In this document: positions 55,748 through 60,915 of the stretch, in pieces | How positions within the stretch are numbered: the stretch's first letter is position 1 | How the letters are laid out: every line of letters begins with the position of its first letter | From: Synergistaceae bacterium | Lineage (GTDB): Bacteria > Synergistota > Synergistia > Synergistales > Aminobacteriaceae | DNA length: 60,915 nt | NCBI GenBank assembly: GCA_017470785.1 | Contig: JAFUXM010000043.1 | Coordinates: 1-60,915, forward strand | Reading direction: 5' to 3' | Made by a program: the position numbers and the translations under genes | Notes under the pieces: generated by a model | Databases searched by the model: none | What the model was told of the DNA's origin: nothing | What the model saw: only the letters and a program-made list of their open reading frames with translations

Positions 55748-57802
55748 ATGGCGGAGAATGTAAATGCAGGTGCAAGCGGCGAGCTTACGCTGCCGCTGCT
55801 CTTGCAGAGTGATAATAAAGATAATAATGAAGTTCAGCGCATGGACGAGCTATATGAAATTTTAGCCCGCCATGCGCATTTATATTATGATTTGGATTCG
55901 CCGGAGATAAGCGACTTTGAATATGATGCGCTTGTGCGTGAGTTATTAGAGCTTGAATTAAAGCATCCTGAATTAATTCACGCTAACTCACCGACTAAGC
56001 GCGTCGGCGGCGCTGCATCTTCAAAATTTAAAAAAATCACGCATAAAATGCCCATGCTGTCGCTTGATAACGTGTTTAGCTTAAGCGAGCTTGAAAATTT
56101 TTACGCGAGATTAAATTTAAATATAAATAAAGATATTTTTACTTGCGAGATGAAGATAGACGGCGCGGCTGTGTCGTTAATATATCAAGACGGCAAGTTT
56201 ATTCGCGGGGCGACGCGCGGCGACGGCAAAATCGGTGAGGACATAACTGAAAATTTAAAAGCTGTAAAGTCTCTGCCTAAAGTAATTAAAGCTCAGGGCT
56301 TAGTCGAAGTTCGCGGCGAGGTATTAATGAAGTGGCCGAGTTTTAATAATTTAAATAAAGCGCGTGAGGCTAAAGGCGAAAGTTTATTTGCAAATCCAAG
56401 GAATGCGGCGTCAGGGACGTTAAGGCAGCTTGATGCAAATATAGTAGCCGAGCGCGGGCTTGATATATTTTTATATTATCTGGTAGATGCTGAAGCTCAC
56501 GGCGTTAAAAGTCAAAGCGACGCGTTAAGCTGGCTGGCTGAAAATAATTTGCCGGTGCAGCCCGTGTGGCAAAAGTGCATAGGACTGGAGCAAGTCAATA
56601 ATTTTATTTTGAATTGGCAGGATAAAAGGGCTGAGTTGGATTATGTCACGGACGGCGCGGTAGTTAAGCTTGATGATTTGACGCTATGGCCTGCAATAGG
56701 CGCTACAAGCCATGCACCGAGGTGGGCAGTTGCGTATAAATATCCGCCTGAAGCCGCACGAAGCAAAATTTTAAGCATTGACATAAGCGTAGGCCGGACG
56801 GGAGTATTAACGCCGGTGGCAAATCTCGAGCCGGTGAGATTATCAGGCACGCAGGTATCACGCGCAGGACTTCATAATTTTGAAGAGATTAAACGCAAAG
56901 ATATTAGAGTCGGCGATGTAGTGAAAGTGCGTAAGGCCGCTGAGATTATACCGGAGATAATAGAAGTTGAAAAAAATTTGCGCACCGGCAGCGAAGAAGT
57001 ATTTAAAGAGCCTGAGACTTGTCCGGCCTGCGGCGAGCGAGTTGTTAAGATTAAAGGCGAGGCTGCGTTAAGATGCGTTAATCGGGCGGCGTGCCCGGCG
57101 CAGCTTAAAGAGAGCATAGTATATTTTGCGTCGCACTTAAATATAATGGGCTTAGGCGATAAGTTAGCCGAGCAGCTGGCCGCAAGCGGCAAAATTAAAT
57201 TTCTATCGGATTTATATAATTTAAATTTAAGCGACTGGTCAAGCTTTGACAAGATGGGCGTGAAGTCAGCGAATAAAATTTTAGCTGAGCTTGAGAAGTC
57301 TAAAACACAGCCGGCGGCAAATTTAATCGCAGCGCTGGGCATAAGATATGTAGGCAAGGCTGCGGCTGAAATTTTATGCAGCAATTTTAATGATTTAAAT
57401 GAATTAAAGAATGCTGGCTTAGAGAAATTATCGAGCTTGGACGGTATCGGCGATGTCACGGCTGAGGCCATACGCGCATTTTTTAATGACAAATTAAATT
57501 TAGAGTTATTAAACCGGCTTAAGGCGCTTAATTTTAATTTTAATTTTAAATTAAATAATAATTTAAAAGATAATAAATTAGCGAATAAAATATTTGTCTT
57601 CACTGGTGAGCTTGCGAATTTTAAACGTGACGAGGCGGCGCAGCTGGTTAAAAATTTAGGCGGCCGCGTGACTAATAGTATTAGCTCTAAGACTGATTAT
57701 TTAGTCGCTGGCGATAAAGGCGGCAGCAAATTAAGCAAAGCTGAAAAATTAAGCGTAAAGATTATAGACGAGCAGGAATTTTTGAGATTAATAAATGCGT
57801 AA
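55748..57802 (+). CDS. ligA: NAD-dependent DNA ligase
   Basis: Adenylation motif CEMKIDG, Zn finger CPACGE...C, HhH repeats and a BRCT C-terminus. An N/K/F-rich insert sits before BRCT. Confidence 0.95.
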   Translation: MAENVNAGASGELTLPLLLQSDNKDNNEVQRMDELYEILARHAHLYYDLDSPEISDFEYDALVRELLELELKHPELIHANSPTKRVGGAASSKFKKITHKMPMLSLDNVFSLSELENFYARLNLNINKDIFTCEMKIDGAAVSLIYQDGKFIRGATRGDGKIGEDITENLKAVKSLPKVIKAQGLVEVRGEVLMKWPSFNNLNKAREAKGESLFANPRNAASGTLRQLDANIVAERGLDIFLYYLVDAEAHGVKSQSDALSWLAENNLPVQPVWQKCIGLEQVNNFILNWQDKRAELDYVTDGAVVKLDDLTLWPAIGATSHAPRWAVAYKYPPEAARSKILSIDISVGRTGVLTPVANLEPVRLSGTQVSRAGLHNFEEIKRKDIRVGDVVKVRKAAEIIPEIIEVEKNLRTGSEEVFKEPETCPACGERVVKIKGEAALRCVNRAACPAQLKESIVYFASHLNIMGLGDKLAEQLAASGKIKFLSDLYNLNLSDWSSFDKMGVKSANKILAELEKSKTQPAANLIAALGIRYVGKAAAEILCSNFNDLNELKNAGLEKLSSLDGIGDVTAEAIRAFFNDKLNLELLNRLKALNFNFNFKLNNNLKDNKLANKIFVFTGELANFKRDEAAQLVKNLGGRVTNSISSKTDYLVAGDKGGSKLSKAEKLSVKIIDEQEFLRLINA

Positions 57803-60410
57803 AAAAAATAATAATAGTGCTGAAAATTTTAGAGAAGATGTAAAGCTTGAGGACGTTAAGCTAACGCCGTGGCTTGAGCAGTATAAAACGTTTAAAGATC
57901 AGTATCCTGAAGAATTATTGTTATTTCGAATGGGCGATTTTTACGAGCTGTTCTTTGACGATGCTAAGAAGGCTGCGGCTGTATTAGACATTGCGCTGAC
58001 GGCCCGCGATAAAGATAAAAAAATCCCAATGGCCGGCATACCGTATCATGCTTTGAATATTTATTTAGGCCGGTTAATTAAAGCCGGCTATAGGGCTGCC
58101 ATATGCGAGCAGATGAGCGAGAGCTCCGGCTCTAAAATAGTTGATAGAAAGATTATACGCGTTGTGACGCCCGGGACGTACGTGCCTGAAGAGCAGGAAG
58201 ATAATAATTTAAATTCAGGTGCGCGGCTTGCAGCATTAAATATTTATAAAAATAAAATTGCGCTGGCATTTTTGAACGTCGAGACCGGCAGACTTGAAGC
58301 CGGTACGCTTATTAAAAGCGAGGCCGCCGCGTTAATCTCAGCTTTTCATCCCAGCGAGATAATATTGCCTTCGAGTTTAAATAATAATAATAAAATTTTT
58401 GATAGCTTGCCTGTATTGGCAAATTACGCACTGCATCCGGTCAAGAACGAGTTATTTAAACTTGAAAGCGCTGTATCAAGGCTTGAGGCAGCGCTTAAAA
58501 ATAAAAAATTAAGTTCGTTCGGCTTTGACGAGCGCGATGCGTGCATAGGTTCGGCGTGGGCAGCGCTGGATTATCTCTCAGCAACGCAGTTCAGCTCAGT
58601 AAGACATGTCTTAAATATAAGGCCGTTGAGCATAAAGGATCGCATGAATTTAGATGAAGCTGCGCAGATTAATCTTGATTTAATCAGCGGCAATGCGTCT
58701 TTATTTAATTGCCTTGACAAGTGCCGCACGCCGATGGGTCGCAGGACTTTGCGCGAGTGGTTATTAAAGCCGTTAATGGATTTAAATGCGATTAAGCGCC
58801 GTCAGGACGCAATAGGCGAGTTAATTAACGCGCCTGAAAATATCGCGCCGCTGCAGGATTTGTTAGCAGCAACGCGTGACATAGAACGGGCTTTATCGCG
58901 TTTAGCTTTAGGCTCAGGCAACCCAAGGGACTTAGCAGCCATACGCGATACGTTAAAATTATTGCCGGAGTTTTTAAATTTTAAAGTTTTAAGAACTGTG
59001 ATAGACGTGTTTCCGGCTGAAAGGCTTAAAATTTTATGTGAATATTTAGATGCTGCGCTTGAGGACGAGCTGCCCCGGGCTTTGAAATTAAAGCCGGTTA
59101 TAAAATCGAGTTTTAATAAAGAGCTTGCGTCATGGCGTGATGTTAAAGAACGCGGCGAGGGCTGGCTGAATGATTATGTAGAGCGTGAGCGGGTCAATAC
59201 TCAAAGTCCAAGACTTAAGGCCGGCTATACGCAGGCGTTCGGCTATTATCTTGAGATAGGCAAGGCCGGATTAAACAAGACGCCGGAATATTTTGAGCGG
59301 CGGCAGACGTTAGTAAATTCTCAGCGCTACACTACACCTGAACTTAGAGATTTTCAGGACAAGATGCTTCACAGCGACGAAGAGATCGAGCGCATAGAGC
59401 AATTAATTTATCAGCAGGTGATAAATCAAGTTATAAATTTCAGCGCTGAAATTCAGATGGCCGGAAGGTTATTAGGGCTGTTGGACTGCGTTGCGTCGAG
59501 TGCGGCGATAGCGCGGGAGCGTGGCTATACTAAGCCTGAAGTTAATAACTCGATGGGAATTTATATAAAGGCCGCCCGTCATCCGGTGTTAGAGGCAGTC
59601 ATGACTGACAGGGCGTTTATCCCGAACGATATTATTTTAGGTGAAGATAAATCGCGCATAATAATTTTGACTGGTCCGAACATGGCGGGTAAGTCAACGT
59701 GGCTAAGAACTGCAGCTTTGTTGGCAATAATGGCGCAGGCCGGCCTATGGATACCTGCTCAAAGCGCGGAGATCGGCTTAGTCGATCGGGTATTCACACG
59801 CATAGGCGCCCGCGACGACTTAGCCCGCGGCAACAGCACGTTCATGGTCGAGATGTTAGAGACAGCAAATATTTTAAATAATGTAACAGAACGCAGCTTA
59901 GTGATACTTGACGAGGTCGGGCGCGGCACTGCGACTTGGGACGGCATGAGTATTGCCTGGGCTGTATTAGAATTTTTGCTGTACGAGCGGCCAAGTACGC
60001 GAGTGTTATTTGCAACGCACTATCACGAGCTGACTTGCCTTGAAGACAATAAAAATATTAAAAATTACAGTATGGCCGTGCGTGAGGGCAAGAACGGCAT
60101 AGCGTTTTTGCATCAAGTTCAAGAGGGCGCGGCTGACAGATCCTACGGCATAGAAGTAGCGCGGCTGGCCGGCCTGCCATCAAGCGTTTTAAAACGTGCG
60201 TTGGAGCTGTTAAAAATTTTCGAGAGCAGCGAAGTTAAAAATTTAAATAATATTAAGCCTGAGATTAATAATAATTTAAGCGGCCAGATAAATTTATTTG
60301 CGAGTGACGCAATTTTAGATGAGATTAAAGCGCTTGATCTTGATAATATTACGCCGGTTCAGGCTTTGAAAATTTTAGGCAAATTAAAAGAAGATGCGCT
60401 TAAGCTGTGA
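57795..60410 (+). CDS. mutS: DNA mismatch repair protein MutS
   Basis: Mismatch-binding FYELFFDDA, Walker A GPNMAGKST, and DEVGRGT. Confidence 0.95.
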   Translation: MRKKNNNSAENFREDVKLEDVKLTPWLEQYKTFKDQYPEELLLFRMGDFYELFFDDAKKAAAVLDIALTARDKDKKIPMAGIPYHALNIYLGRLIKAGYRAAICEQMSESSGSKIVDRKIIRVVTPGTYVPEEQEDNNLNSGARLAALNIYKNKIALAFLNVETGRLEAGTLIKSEAAALISAFHPSEIILPSSLNNNNKIFDSLPVLANYALHPVKNELFKLESAVSRLEAALKNKKLSSFGFDERDACIGSAWAALDYLSATQFSSVRHVLNIRPLSIKDRMNLDEAAQINLDLISGNASLFNCLDKCRTPMGRRTLREWLLKPLMDLNAIKRRQDAIGELINAPENIAPLQDLLAATRDIERALSRLALGSGNPRDLAAIRDTLKLLPEFLNFKVLRTVIDVFPAERLKILCEYLDAALEDELPRALKLKPVIKSSFNKELASWRDVKERGEGWLNDYVERERVNTQSPRLKAGYTQAFGYYLEIGKAGLNKTPEYFERRQTLVNSQRYTTPELRDFQDKMLHSDEEIERIEQLIYQQVINQVINFSAEIQMAGRLLGLLDCVASSAAIARERGYTKPEVNNSMGIYIKAARHPVLEAVMTDRAFIPNDIILGEDKSRIIILTGPNMAGKSTWLRTAALLAIMAQAGLWIPAQSAEIGLVDRVFTRIGARDDLARGNSTFMVEMLETANILNNVTERSLVILDEVGRGTATWDGMSIAWAVLEFLLYERPSTRVLFATHYHELTCLEDNKNIKNYSMAVREGKNGIAFLHQVQEGAADRSYGIEVARLAGLPSSVLKRALELLKIFESSEVKNLNNIKPEINNNLSGQINLFASDAILDEIKALDLDNITPVQALKILGKLKEDALKL

Positions 60411-60721
60411 GGCGTTATAGTCTTGAAACTTGTGTTATAGCTGTTAGAAATTTAAATAATAATTTCAGCTGGCAGATATAGTAAACGCACTTGAAAATAA
60501 CCAAAATTATTTTGCTGAAATTGCTCTTTGCTATGTTTTTATTTATTAGTTTTTAGGTGCATTAGCTATATTTTTTTTGTGATAATAAAAGCGCAGCCCG
60601 CGAAATTTTTATTAGCGAGCCGCGCGGTTCGAGTGCCGTTCGGTCAGTCATTCTTCATCTCAATCGGCGTTGCAGCGTTTGCGTTTATAATTTTCTTGTC
60701 AAGCCGAAACAATTTTAATTT

Positions 60722-60757
60722 AAAAAGCTTGTCCATAATAAAACGGCAAGCTTTTTT
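60722..60757. terminator. Hairpin terminator-like element in the mutS-IS630 spacer
   Basis: aaaaagcttg (60722-60731) / caagcttttt (60747-60756) 10-bp stem. Confidence 0.5.
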
Positions 60758-60780
60758 GGTGGTATCCTATAAAAGTATAG

Positions 60781-60915
60781 TTAAAGAACTTTAAAAATTG
60801 AATAAATAACATCATCAAATTTTTGAAAATATGGAACTGAATCAGTGATTTTTTTCTTGAGCCAATTCCAAAAATGTTCTATCGGATTTAATTCAGGACT
60901 ATACGGCGGTAGAAA
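60781..60915 (-). mobile_element. IS630/Tc1-mariner-family DDE transposase, C-terminal 44 codons (gene continues beyond the window edge)
   Basis: The reverse-strand translation FLPPYSPELNPIEHFWNWLKKKITDSVPYFQKFDDVIYSIFKVL* contains the family hallmark YSPELNPIE. The stop is at 60781-60783. This ORF is not listed in the ORF track. Confidence 0.8.

Noticed and set aside
56872-57603. 243-aa antisense ORF inside ligA, and similar long antisense ORFs (34190-34675, 28100-28576, 10184-10543, 11474-11836, 16871-17227, 50518-50901)
   Set aside because: All lie fully within strongly supported genes on the opposite strand. Their translations are low-complexity and Ser/Leu/Ala-rich. They have no SD. They are typical mirror ORFs.
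60600-60650. tRNA-like T-loop sequence (gcggttcgagtgccg)
   Set aside because: The flanking bases do not form a T-stem. No acceptor, D or anticodon arms can be drawn on either strand.
60528-60794. 88-aa plus-strand ORF in the mutS-IS spacer
   Set aside because: It has a TTG start without an SD and a hydrophobic low-complexity translation from AT-rich DNA. It runs across a terminator hairpin and overlaps the transposase stop. It is probably non-coding.

Overview
60.9-kb bacterial chromosomal window with about 60 genes. Coding DNA is roughly 50% GC. The spacers between genes are extremely AT-rich and built from TTTAAA-type motifs.

Most of the window is core housekeeping:
- rpsB-tsf-pyrH-frr
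- dcd, mfd, cysK-cysE
- argH, gcvH, uppP, pfkA, rho, purB, miaB
- selA-selB
- phoH-pgpH-ybeY-corC
- nudC, lysS, ligA, mutS

Scattered accessory genes include larE and larB (far apart), a secreted subtype-B tannase, a DUF1385 protein, a cation/H+ antiporter, a GGDEF protein and azlCD.

The clearly accessory stretch is about 20.6-28.65 kb on the minus strand. It contains:
- a Vat-type streptogramin acetyltransferase downstream of pbpC
- a head-to-tail stack of four toxin-antitoxin-like cassettes: dinJ-yafQ, DUF4160-DUF2442, a PIN gene followed by an 83-aa gene, and an orphan duplicated DUF2442
- a two-gene module of signal-peptide proteins with no recognisable function. One of these is a compositionally chimeric fusion to a single-lobe MglB-like domain.

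This stretch is my best candidate for an undescribed system, but I cannot assign a mechanism from sequence alone.

Other sequence-level oddities:
- a perfect 40-bp tandem hairpin repeat plus an SD-sequestering hairpin upstream of larE
- a 14-codon uORF whose stop overlaps the rho start codon (ATGA)
- an in-frame duplicated fragment of the miaB 5' end
- a radical SAM gene with CX4CX2C spacing, 2 nt downstream of gcvH
- an LspA-like protein with Asp->Glu at a catalytic position
- a YjfB-like small gene absent from the ORF track
- Asn-rich inserts in housekeeping proteins encoded by the intergenic TTTAAA motif
- an IS630-family transposase fragment at the right edge

No rRNA, tRNA or CRISPR array was found. 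All family assignments come from reading the translations and from remembered motifs, not from database searches.
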